This document shows positions 19,074-27,265 of a stretch of DNA of 64,000 bases, piece by piece. The notes below the pieces were generated by a model. That model was not told where the DNA came from and ran no database searches. It saw only the letters and a program-made list of their open reading frames with translations. The DNA lies in the NCBI GenBank assembly GCA_000993565.1, contig LBWK01000001.1, positions 84,869 through 148,868 on the forward strand. Direction: 5' to 3'. Within the stretch, counting starts at the first letter, position 1. The number at the start of each line of letters is the position of its first letter. This stretch comes from a candidate division WS6 bacterium GW2011_GWF2_39_15. GTDB lineage: Bacteria > Patescibacteriota > Dojkabacteria > SC72. Made by a program: the position numbers and the translations under genes.

Positions 19074-19679
19074 CTACATTAAACTCATAACGTACTCGAC
19101 CTTTCTGGCCCATTCATTTGGTGTATGAGGGTTATAACGTGGTGCAATCTGACGCGGTGTAACAAGCCCAGATGAGTAATAACGAGAAAGACCTCTCGAA
19201 ACCGTGTAGATGGCTTCTTCCCAACTTTTGAACGTGTACGGCGACATACTACCTCCCCAGCCCCATGCGTTGTAAGGTCTATAGGTATATTTGCCCCCGC
19301 TGGATTCTATAATGGAAATTGCAGCTACAAGTCGATAATCAATTCCAAATTCCTGTGCTGTCTTAACAAGGTACTCTGCCTTGGCCGCAAGCGGAGCCCC
19401 ACGTGAGGCAAGATAAGCCCTTACTTTTCTCACCTTAATTTGATCAACATCCATTAGCTCCAATTTACGGGAGACTGTTCTGTAATCAATTTCGTCGTCG
19501 GCACTTAATATCTGAGTCCTGCTATTTACGCTAGAAGAAGCAAAGACGGAACTTATATTTCCTGAGATTAGGTAGAAGAAAACACGCTCCTGCGACTTAA
19601 GCAATGCACCTGTAAATAATATAAGGGCAAACACATAAAGAAGAAAATTATTTATTTTTGATGAATATTTTCTTTTCAT
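19074..19679 (-). CDS. Secreted lysozyme-like (SLT-type) putative peptidoglycan hydrolase
   Basis: 201 aa with an N-terminal signal/TM. AQEFGIDYRLVAAISIIESSGG resembles the SLT catalytic region (..yGvdpxLllAiixxESxf..) with its ES Glu. A conserved NAWGWGG block follows. It is a paralog of 28279..28959 and of a domain inside 35215..38490. Confidence 0.4.
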   Translation of the reverse strand: MKRKYSSKINNFLLYVFALILFTGALLKSQERVFFYLISGNISSVFASSSVNSRTQILSADDEIDYRTVSRKLELMDVDQIKVRKVRAYLASRGAPLAAKAEYLVKTAQEFGIDYRLVAAISIIESSGGKYTYRPYNAWGWGGSMSPYTFKSWEEAIYTVSRGLSRYYSSGLVTPRQIAPRYNPHTPNEWARKVEYVMSLM

Positions 19680-19747
19680 ATATAGTATAAAATATGTGAG
19701 CGATATTATACCATAAATATCCTATATAATTTGACCCGAGCTGCGAA

Positions 19748-20377
19748 ATGGTACTTTCTATAATAAACTGGCTGATATGGCTGATTGAAAAAATTGGATA
19801 CTTAGGGGTTTTCACCGCTATGTTTATTGAAAGTTTTTTCGCACCTATACCAAGTGAACTAATCCTTCCCTTTGCAGGATTCCTAAGCCATCAAGGGACA
19901 CTAAACATTTATCTAGTAATCCTTTTAAGTGGTATAGCAAGCACCTTGGGTTCCTTGCCTTTTTATCTATTAGGATATTGGGGTAATGACTTGGTTGTAA
20001 ATAGATTTCTCAAAAGATACGGCAAATTCTTCTTTATAGCTGAGGAAGATGTCGAAAAGGGAATACTTTTATTTACGAAGCATGGCAAGCTTATGATATT
20101 TGCCGGAAGATTGATACCAATTATCAGAACGGTCATATCTTTCCCCGCCGGATTGGTTAAAATGAGCTTTACGGAGTTCGTACTCTTTACACTAGCCGGA
20201 TCAACTATATGGAGCGCCTTTTTAGCCCTAGCAGGATATGTATTGGGCTCACAGTGGGAGGTCGTGAGTATCTGGATAGAAAAATATCAAACAGTTATTA
20301 TAGTGTGCGGAGTAGCGGCCTTTCTCCTGTTCGTTTTCTACAAAATAGGCAAGAAAAGGCTAAAGAGATCTGATTAG
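19748..20377 (+). CDS. DedA-family membrane protein
   Basis: 209 aa. VFTAMFIESFFAPIPSELIL matches the DedA/SNARE-associated motif, with a typical TM layout. Confidence 0.7.
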   Translation: MVLSIINWLIWLIEKIGYLGVFTAMFIESFFAPIPSELILPFAGFLSHQGTLNIYLVILLSGIASTLGSLPFYLLGYWGNDLVVNRFLKRYGKFFFIAEEDVEKGILLFTKHGKLMIFAGRLIPIIRTVISFPAGLVKMSFTEFVLFTLAGSTIWSAFLALAGYVLGSQWEVVSIWIEKYQTVIIVCGVAAFLLFVFYKIGKKRLKRSD

Positions 20378-21895
20378 GGATTTTCCTCCCATCTCAGACG
20401 GAATCGGTACATCCATAATATCCAATATTGTTGGAGCAATATCTTTAAGTGCACCGTACGGAAGCTTTCTGGGTGACATATCAGGATCTGCAATTATAAA
20501 TGGTACTGGGTTAAATGAATGTTCGGTATCAATCTCCCCGGACTTAAGGTTTATGACCTCCTCGACATTACCATGATCCGCGGTGATAATAACTACCCCT
20601 CCTGCGGCCGTAAATCTTTTTACAAGCTCGTTAACACAGTGGTCAACGACCTGAACAGCCTTTATAGAGGCATTTATATTCCCGGTGTGTCCGACCATAT
20701 CGCCATTTGCCAGATTTAAGACAATAAAATCGTACATATCTGTTGATATACGATATTTGAGAATCTCCTGTATTTCCATTGCGCTCATTTCAGGTTTGAG
20801 ATCGTATGTCGCAACATTTGCTGACGGGACTTCAATCCGGTCTTCACCTTGGTACTTTATAGACATGCCACCGTTAAAGAAGTATGTAACATGAGGGAAC
20901 TTCTCCGTTTCAGAGATCCTGAGCTGACGAATACCGTTATTAGAAAGAACCTTCCCGATTGGGAGAGTGATATACTCTTTGGGAAACAACACATGCAGTG
21001 GAGTGCCCTTTCTATACTCAACCATTGACGCAAAAAAGAGATTTGGAATCAACTCCCTGCTAAAAAATGTAAACTGTGGTTCTGTGAAGGCAGATGTCAG
21101 CTGTAATGCTCTGTCTGCACGATAGTTCATAAAAATGACCGCATCTCCGCTTTTTACCGTCGGTAGAACCCCGTTCTGGCTTATAACAGCAGGCTTTATA
21201 AACTCATCAGTAATACCATTTGAATAATTTCTATCAAAAACCTCTGACCAAGCATTGAATCTTTCTCCCTCACCTCTAGTGAGAAGGTTATAGGCAGCCT
21301 CGGTTTTTCCCCATCTCATACTTCGATCCATAGCAATTGAACGGCCACAAACGGTGGCAATTCTTCCGATACCAAGTTTATCAACTGTATTTTGCATTTT
21401 TGCCAAGTAATTCCGCCCATGATCGGGTGGTGTATCCCGGCCATCTGTAAATGCGTGGATTAATACTTCGCCAGTAAAGTTGTTGGCAGCAAAAAACTCA
21501 ATTGTTGCTATGAAATGATTAATATGCGAGTGAACCGATCCGTCACTCAAGCATCCCATTAGATGGATATTGCTACGATGCTTAATCGCATGTCTTAAAG
21601 CTTCCCAAAGAGTATTATTGTCCTGATAACTGCCACCTGTAATTGATTTATTAATCCTTGGAAGTGTTTGTGTAACAACGTTACCTGCTCCAATATTTAG
21701 ATGTCCGACTTCACTATTTCCTTTAGTATTGGCGGGTAATCCTACGGCCTCAGATGAAGCGAGTAGGTAGGTATGAGGAAAAGTATCCCAAAGCTGAATA
21801 AGGTTTTTAGGATTTGCAAGAGAAACTGCGTTCCCTCTGTTTTGAGGTGCAGCACCCAGTCCGTCCATAATTATTAATAGAACCTTCTTCTTCAT
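20360..21895 (-). CDS. gpmI: 2,3-bisphosphoglycerate-independent phosphoglycerate mutase
   Basis: MKKKVLLIIMDGLGAAP is the iPGM N-terminal motif. It is about 510 aa with the metal-binding Ser/Asp/His layout. The ORF track extends to 21928, but the internal MKKK is the likelier start. Confidence 0.85.
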   Translation of the reverse strand: MKKKVLLIIMDGLGAAPQNRGNAVSLANPKNLIQLWDTFPHTYLLASSEAVGLPANTKGNSEVGHLNIGAGNVVTQTLPRINKSITGGSYQDNNTLWEALRHAIKHRSNIHLMGCLSDGSVHSHINHFIATIEFFAANNFTGEVLIHAFTDGRDTPPDHGRNYLAKMQNTVDKLGIGRIATVCGRSIAMDRSMRWGKTEAAYNLLTRGEGERFNAWSEVFDRNYSNGITDEFIKPAVISQNGVLPTVKSGDAVIFMNYRADRALQLTSAFTEPQFTFFSRELIPNLFFASMVEYRKGTPLHVLFPKEYITLPIGKVLSNNGIRQLRISETEKFPHVTYFFNGGMSIKYQGEDRIEVPSANVATYDLKPEMSAMEIQEILKYRISTDMYDFIVLNLANGDMVGHTGNINASIKAVQVVDHCVNELVKRFTAAGGVVIITADHGNVEEVINLKSGEIDTEHSFNPVPFIIADPDMSPRKLPYGALKDIAPTILDIMDVPIPSEMGGKSLIRSL

Positions 21896-21995
21896 AGGCA
21901 GTTTCTTGTTATGTGAAAATAATAACATATACTATGGAATAATTTAAACGTATATCATATAATCAAACCAATATTACACAAACTTTTGATTTTTC

Positions 21996-22004
21996 TGATA
22001 TAAT
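21996..22004 (+). promoter_or_regulatory. Extended -10 promoter element (TGaTATAAT) upstream of rplS
   Basis: The sequence ctgatataat lies 29 nt upstream of the rplS ATG. I see no good -35, which fits an extended -10 promoter. Confidence 0.3.
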
Positions 22005-22032
22005 CAGCAGTCTTAAATAAGTAATCAAGATT

Positions 22033-22467
22033 ATGAATACAGATATTTTTAAAAAGATTGAAGAGTCACAATATAAAAAGAGACCTGATGTTAAGGTTGG
22101 AGATACTGCTAAGCTCTCAGTAAGGATTAAGGAAGGGAACAAGGAGAGAGTACAGGTATTTGAAGGCTTAGTTATAGCCCTAAAAGGCTCAGGACTGGGA
22201 AGAACAATTACCGTTAGAAAAATGTCCTATGGAGTATCTGTTGAGAGAATTGTTCCGCTTCATTCACCAACACTTGATAAAATAGAGGTTGTACAAAGAG
22301 GAAAAGTTCGAAAGAGCAAACTTTATTACGTAAGAGAAAAGATTGGTAAGAGAGCTTTGAAAGTAAGCAACCTTAAAGATCTTTACTTAACTGATGAGGC
22401 TGAAGTTGCTGAGGAACCAGAGAAGGCTGAATCTAAATCAGAAACTGAGCAAGCAACCGCTGCTTAA
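22033..22467 (+). CDS. rplS: 50S ribosomal protein L19 with acidic C-terminal extension
   Basis: The core MNTDIFKKIE...GDTAKLSVRIKEGNKERVQVFEGLVIA...RKMSYGVSVERIVPLHSP is L19. About 30 extra C-terminal residues are rich in E/A/K. Confidence 0.85.
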   Translation: MNTDIFKKIEESQYKKRPDVKVGDTAKLSVRIKEGNKERVQVFEGLVIALKGSGLGRTITVRKMSYGVSVERIVPLHSPTLDKIEVVQRGKVRKSKLYYVREKIGKRALKVSNLKDLYLTDEAEVAEEPEKAESKSETEQATAA

Positions 22468-22482
22468 GCTTATTGAAAACAT

Positions 22483-22558
22483 GCGAGAGTAGTTCAATGG
22501 TTAGAATATCTGTTTTCCAAACAGAGGGTTGCGGGTTCGAGTCCCGTCTCTCGCTCCA
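22483..22558 (+). tRNA. tRNA-Gly (anticodon TCC), CCA encoded
   Basis: Sequence gcgagag-ta-gttcaatggttagaat-a-tctgt-ttTCCaa-acaga-gggtt-gcgggttcgagtcccgt-ctctcgc-t-cca. The acceptor and T arms are identical to the Gly-CCC gene at 7644..7720. Confidence 0.8.
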
Positions 22559-22668
22559 AATTTCATGTATTAAATACGATTGATATTTAGCACCCAAATC
22601 CCCCCTTATTAACAATGTTGTCTTTTCCTGGTAAAATATAGCTATTATAATGTTTTATTAACATAAAT

Positions 22669-23355
22669 ATGCCTCAGGTAATTCCGGGAAACCAGAGTAA
22701 TACAACTCAGACACCTGTGGTAGCACCTGCTGCATCACCGATACCTTCTCAACAGGTTCCCCCTTCACAAAGTCCATGGAATGATATGGGAGGCTGGGGA
22801 TGGAATCCTGGATCGGATAATCCTAACCCAAATGAAAAGCGCTTAACTCCGCAAGAGCGGGTTGAAATGATTGAGAAATTATACCAAGAGGTATTAGGCA
22901 GAAAACCTGACACAAGAGATATAAATTACTATAAATACTCAACTCTATCTGAAGAAGAGATTAAAAAACAACTTCTCACTGGCAAAGAGCACAAGCAACT
23001 TTTAGATGATGGTCGTGACTATAAGAAAATGAAAGATAGGGCTATGCAGGCAGAAACACGTGTAAAAATGCTCGAATCACAAATAACCGATCAAGTTCAA
23101 GAGTTCAAACATTTATCCGATCTCTTAACAGAAAAGAACAAATATATTCAACAGTTGCGCGAAAAGCTAAATGACCCGTATAATCTATCAAGCTCATCTG
23201 TTAAGCCATTACCTATTCCACAGTCTCCTGATCTTGTTAAGCCTCAGCATGAAAGCAAGGAGGTCTTTTCTATTCCTACATCCTCTTCAGAAAAGCCGAT
23301 CAGTGAGACTAAGAAGAAGCTATTTAATTTAATTAAAAACTTTTTACCAGATTAA
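22669..23355 (+). CDS. DUF4214-domain protein with Pro/Gln-rich N-terminus and coiled-coil C-terminus
   Basis: 228 aa. IEKLYQEVLGRKPDTRDINYY...LSEEEI matches the DUF4214 signature (lYxxvLgRepDxxGlxyW...S.EF). The N-terminal 50 aa are low-complexity P/Q/S/N. The C-terminal half is heptad-rich. Confidence 0.45.
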   Translation: MPQVIPGNQSNTTQTPVVAPAASPIPSQQVPPSQSPWNDMGGWGWNPGSDNPNPNEKRLTPQERVEMIEKLYQEVLGRKPDTRDINYYKYSTLSEEEIKKQLLTGKEHKQLLDDGRDYKKMKDRAMQAETRVKMLESQITDQVQEFKHLSDLLTEKNKYIQQLREKLNDPYNLSSSSVKPLPIPQSPDLVKPQHESKEVFSIPTSSSEKPISETKKKLFNLIKNFLPD

Positions 23356-23356
23356 A

Positions 23357-23662
23357 ATGAGTATGAGATACATTGCCACTCGGATAAGAGGGGCACGAGA
23401 GGAGAAGGGGATCTCTCAAAGAAAATTAGGAATGATCTTAGGTCTTTCTGATAAAGCAATCAGTGCTTACGAAGCAGGAAGAACCTATCCCCCGTTAGAT
23501 ACACTTTTTAAGTTGTCAAAAGAGCTTGGGAAACCTGTTTCATATTTTATTGAAGAGGACTCTCACAAAGCTTACATCACTGAATCAATGTCCAAAATCT
23601 CTGAACGTCTAGCAACAATAACCCAGGAAATAGAAAAGCTGAAAAAGACTTTAAGTGAATAG
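23357..23662 (+). CDS. XRE-family helix-turn-helix transcriptional regulator
   Basis: 101 aa. ISQRKLGMILGLSDKAISAYEAGRTYPPLDTLFKLSKELGKPVSYFIEE is a canonical Cro/C1 HTH. It starts 2 nt after the DUF4214 gene. Confidence 0.65.
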   Translation: MSMRYIATRIRGAREEKGISQRKLGMILGLSDKAISAYEAGRTYPPLDTLFKLSKELGKPVSYFIEEDSHKAYITESMSKISERLATITQEIEKLKKTLSE

Positions 23663-24454
23663 CTAATTATCGATAAGAGTAAGAAAGTTTCCTTTGAAGA
23701 AGCTTTCAAGTGAACTATTATATAAAGCCTCATCTTTTTTGAGCGACTTATATGATGTGCTTAAGCTAGACTGCAGTGAATTGATCTCAGAGAGAGTAGG
23801 CTTATTGTGAACCTGTCTAATCGTCTCCCAATACTTCGTATAGGAACTCCAATAATTGGAAACCTCACTGAGTTGTGTCGGGAACCTTGATTTAAGCAGA
23901 TTTAGATTAGCCATACACTGATCTATAGCTTTTTTAACGGCTGAATCACTACTTTCCAAGTTAATACGATTAAAGCAGGACCTGATACTATATGTCTCCA
24001 CTATCACTGAATGATAACTAATTAAAGAAGTCCCTAAATCGGCATATACCTGGTGATTTGCAACACGTTGTCTATCTTCACGTAAAGTTTCGGCCGATAT
24101 CCCAGGAATCTTTTTTGAAAGTTCAAAAACTATCTCAGAATGGGAACTTAACTCCTGATTCAACAGGTTAAACTCTTCAATATCCTGTACGGCTACAGAA
24201 GAAGTACTCTTATAGTCATTAATACTGACAGATAACACTTCGTCTCTTAGTGTGTTGAATTTCTTTGAAATATTATTATATGTTTCTACATAAGCATTAC
24301 GAGTGATATTCAGAGTTTCAATATCCTCTTCTTTCTTACCAACTAGATACGATGTTAGTACTAAGGCAAAAGAAACAAGGATAAGTAACCCAATCAAAGC
24401 AGGTAGGAGGAACTTAAACTGCTTAATGAGTTTTACTCTGGTGGTTCTAGCCAT
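23663..24454 (-). CDS. Hypothetical membrane-anchored coiled-coil protein
   Basis: 263 aa. An N-terminal TM (LLPALIGLLILVSFALVLTSYLV) is followed by helical, heptad-like sequence. It is the last gene of the overlapping minus-strand operon. Confidence 0.4.
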   Translation of the reverse strand: MARTTRVKLIKQFKFLLPALIGLLILVSFALVLTSYLVGKKEEDIETLNITRNAYVETYNNISKKFNTLRDEVLSVSINDYKSTSSVAVQDIEEFNLLNQELSSHSEIVFELSKKIPGISAETLREDRQRVANHQVYADLGTSLISYHSVIVETYSIRSCFNRINLESSDSAVKKAIDQCMANLNLLKSRFPTQLSEVSNYWSSYTKYWETIRQVHNKPTLSEINSLQSSLSTSYKSLKKDEALYNSSLESFFKGNFLTLIDN

Positions 24455-24993
24455 TTCTTGAGTTTCTTAACAAAGTTTCTGGCAAGCAAATACAGGCCAA
24501 ATAATCCACCTAATGCAAGCAGGAGTAGAATTAACGACTTAATTATTACTGCTCCGCTGTATCCAGCGGTCTGTGGAACAGTAGTCTTGTCTTCATCAAA
24601 AGTAAGTGTAATCGAAGCAGAAGAAGTGTAATTTGTTTTAAACTCCCAGTCAGTAATATTTCCCGAAATATTGTATGTACCTGAAGTTGAAGGTTTAGCA
24701 TAGGCAGTATAAGAATAGACCTCTCCCTTTTCTACGGGGATAAACTGCGGATGTCTCTCAATTATCTCTATGCCTTCAGGGGCATCCCACGATATCTCCA
24801 CTTTATCAGCGGTTATATTCGACCTAAATTTCACATTAATAGGAACACTTTTTGTCCATGGTGATTGTGTTCCCAAACTTAGTTCTACATTGAAGTAGTC
24901 GCCTGTCGTTTCAGGAACCTCTGCATATACTGGAGAGTGTATAAGAAAGGTCCAAGTAAGAAGTAATGTTAGAAATAAGAAAAGTTTCTTCAT
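24433..24993 (-). CDS. Hypothetical surface protein (signal peptide plus C-terminal TM anchor)
   Basis: 186 aa. The signal peptide MKKLFLFLTLLLTWTFLIHSPVYA is followed by a beta-rich 120-aa domain and a C-terminal helix IIKSLILLLLALGGLFGLYLL with KK-rich stop-transfer. Confidence 0.4.
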   Translation of the reverse strand: MKKLFLFLTLLLTWTFLIHSPVYAEVPETTGDYFNVELSLGTQSPWTKSVPINVKFRSNITADKVEISWDAPEGIEIIERHPQFIPVEKGEVYSYTAYAKPSTSGTYNISGNITDWEFKTNYTSSASITLTFDEDKTTVPQTAGYSGAVIIKSLILLLLALGGLFGLYLLARNFVKKLKKWLEPPE

Positions 24994-25406
24994 CCTAGTA
25001 ACCTTGATATTAATTTATAATACGCCTGGTATCCCTTTTTAACATCTTCACGACTAACCTCAATGTCGTCGTGTACAATACTATTTCTTAGCTTGTGATA
25101 ATACCATATTTCCTCGTAAAGATCTCTTTTAACTTGCTTTCTTATTTTCTTTAAATTTTCACCGCAGGTTAAATTGTTACGATTTCTAATCTGCAACACC
25201 TTACTTAATATGCTATCTAATCTAACAATACTATCACGATTAGCAGAACTTAAATCAAGTTCAATATTTTCCTTAATACTTTTCATCTGTTTATAGATCT
25301 CATTTTTCCTCCTGGAAGATACTTTGTTTGAGCTTTTAAAAACAAATAAGAAAAAGACCAGAATTAAGAATAGGACCAGCCCTGTTATGTATAAGGAGTC
25401 TTGCAT
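24990..25406 (-). CDS. Membrane-anchored HEPN-like (DUF4145-like) protein
   Basis: 138 aa with an N-terminal TM (ITGLVLFLILVFFLFVF). The C-terminal helical domain carries HKLRNSIVHDD, i.e. R-x4-H as in HEPN/DUF4145 (lRNxxaH). Assignment is from the motif only. Confidence 0.3.
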   Translation of the reverse strand: MQDSLYITGLVLFLILVFFLFVFKSSNKVSSRRKNEIYKQMKSIKENIELDLSSANRDSIVRLDSILSKVLQIRNRNNLTCGENLKKIRKQVKRDLYEEIWYYHKLRNSIVHDDIEVSREDVKKGYQAYYKLISRLLG

Positions 25407-27265
25407 TATTTCCTTTTTCTAAATAAATATTTAAATATCATGTATATTATAGTGAATAAGAGCAGAGAAATTAAGAGATTTATGAAGGTATTACCAGTTG
25501 GATTACTAGCAGTCGATTTTAAATTTGCAGCTTTTTTGAATACGGTTCCCTCAAGATCGGCAATTGTTACAACCATTTTATCAGCCTTAGTCAGGCTTGT
25601 GGCAGAAAAGACCAGAGGGATTATCGTCTCCTGATTTGGTAAGACAGTATGTGCACTCCAAAGATTCAAGGGAGAAATGCCTGCTTTATCAACTATTATA
25701 TTCGCTTTCATTATCTGATATATCTTATTACTGCGATTTTTAACAATCAGATCGCCTTTAACTCTATTTCCATCTTGTCCCTTAACTTTAAACTCACTGG
25801 TAATCTCTTCAAAAGGAGCAATCATTGCATCTGCGATCTCAATGTTAAACTCATCCGGAGAAAATACAGACATTTGAGGTTTAATTGATGATTCGTTCCT
25901 GGAAACGAGGGCGATATGGTCTAAGCTAGTTGAAATATAGCGTTTGGGGAAATAGTCTTGTAAGGCAGGGTCTAAAATTATCCATTTACCACTATCCACA
26001 TCCCAGTACTCCCCCCAGCTATGAAAAAAACCTTTCTCTTGATATGAGTTTAGGGGTGAAATATAACCTAGTATCATACGAGTTGGGACTCCCATATATC
26101 TCAGGAGGGCGATTAAGAGATCAGTATAATCATCAGGGGAAGCACCTTCCGAAATTGTTCTCTCGATATTGGAAACACCATGCCTAATGTCTACTTTTAC
26201 GTCCTGTGATGATCCTGAAGAAGGGGTAAGCCTCTCAAGAACATAATCATATATTGAGGAGATAAATAAACTGCGGACATTTGACTCACCTTCAAAGCTC
26301 TCAGGTAATCCTTTCTCCCGTAGATAAAGCTTAACTCTCTTCAGTTCAGTATCCGTTCCAAATGACCAGTAGTTATCTATTTGCAGTAGTTTGGAAAAGT
26401 CTTTTGGTGACCTGTGACTTGCTTCATCAAAATAGATATAACCGCGTACCTTGATTGTGATGCTTTCACCTTGCTTAAGGAGATAGGAGATATTCAGATT
26501 ATCATTACTATCCAGTTCAATATCAAATGGGGAAGGAGTAACTTCAGAGTATAAAACATGCTGACCGTTACCTTCTCTGGGCAAGGTAATTCTATATACA
26601 CTTGTCTGTTCCCCGGAGTTACTTAATTCTTTAGAGATACTAAGGTTATAACCAAAGTCTTTACCAATAACCAGTGAGAGAGCAGGATTAGAAAGCAAGG
26701 ATTTTTCCTTTACTTGCACGACCTTAAAGCCCTTCGCTGTAGTACTGGGTTCAAACTCAACAGATGACCAGACTATATTTCCCCAGTCGGAGGGGTATTC
26801 TACCTTATTAACACCCTGGTCAAAACTTAATATTGGGGGGATTAGAAGCACATAGTTCTCACCGTCAACCTTAACATAATCATCAAGCACTATTGTGACA
26901 TTAATTACCAAGGGACTACCTTTCTGTGCAATCAAATTCGGTAGGCTGAGATAAACTTTACTACCTGACGATTGTTTAGTACTGCTATATTTATAATCCT
27001 TCCCCTCAATGTTAACTTTAAGGCTATCATATGAACTAAATGGGATTGTAAATGTAAAATTTGTAATGACTGAAGGGATATTACTGGATTGGGCTAAGGT
27101 GAATGCATAGTTGATACTTAAATCGCCATCTTTGTTTACGTGGTAAATGGAGGAATTTGTTCTTGTAAGCTCAGCTGCAATTAAAGGCGTTGAAGTTGAA
27201 AGAAGTATTAAAAATCCACTAAATACTAATAGAGTTCTCTTTAAATAACCAATCAAACTTGTCAT
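25406..27265 (-). CDS. Transglutaminase-like domain membrane protein (catalytic Cys position occupied by Ser)
   Basis: 619 aa with an N-terminal signal. The TGase-like core EGASPDDYTDLLIALLRYMGVPTRMILGY ... FFHSWGEYWDVDSGKWIILDP aligns to GxCxxxA..L.RA.GIPAR.V.GY...HaW.E.y...GW...DP, with Ser at the Cys position and His/Asp conserved. A C-terminal TM follows (LLISLLLFTIIYMIF) with an RKRK tail. Confidence 0.55.
   Translation of the reverse strand: MTSLIGYLKRTLLVFSGFLILLSTSTPLIAAELTRTNSSIYHVNKDGDLSINYAFTLAQSSNIPSVITNFTFTIPFSSYDSLKVNIEGKDYKYSSTKQSSGSKVYLSLPNLIAQKGSPLVINVTIVLDDYVKVDGENYVLLIPPILSFDQGVNKVEYPSDWGNIVWSSVEFEPSTTAKGFKVVQVKEKSLLSNPALSLVIGKDFGYNLSISKELSNSGEQTSVYRITLPREGNGQHVLYSEVTPSPFDIELDSNDNLNISYLLKQGESITIKVRGYIYFDEASHRSPKDFSKLLQIDNYWSFGTDTELKRVKLYLREKGLPESFEGESNVRSLFISSIYDYVLERLTPSSGSSQDVKVDIRHGVSNIERTISEGASPDDYTDLLIALLRYMGVPTRMILGYISPLNSYQEKGFFHSWGEYWDVDSGKWIILDPALQDYFPKRYISTSLDHIALVSRNESSIKPQMSVFSPDEFNIEIADAMIAPFEEITSEFKVKGQDGNRVKGDLIVKNRSNKIYQIMKANIIVDKAGISPLNLWSAHTVLPNQETIIPLVFSATSLTKADKMVVTIADLEGTVFKKAANLKSTASNPTGNTFINLLISLLLFTIIYMIFKYLFRKRK

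Noticed and set aside
22433-22615. 60-aa minus-strand ORF overlapping tRNA-Gly(TCC)
   Set aside because: It is antisense to a well-formed tRNA gene and the rplS 3' end.
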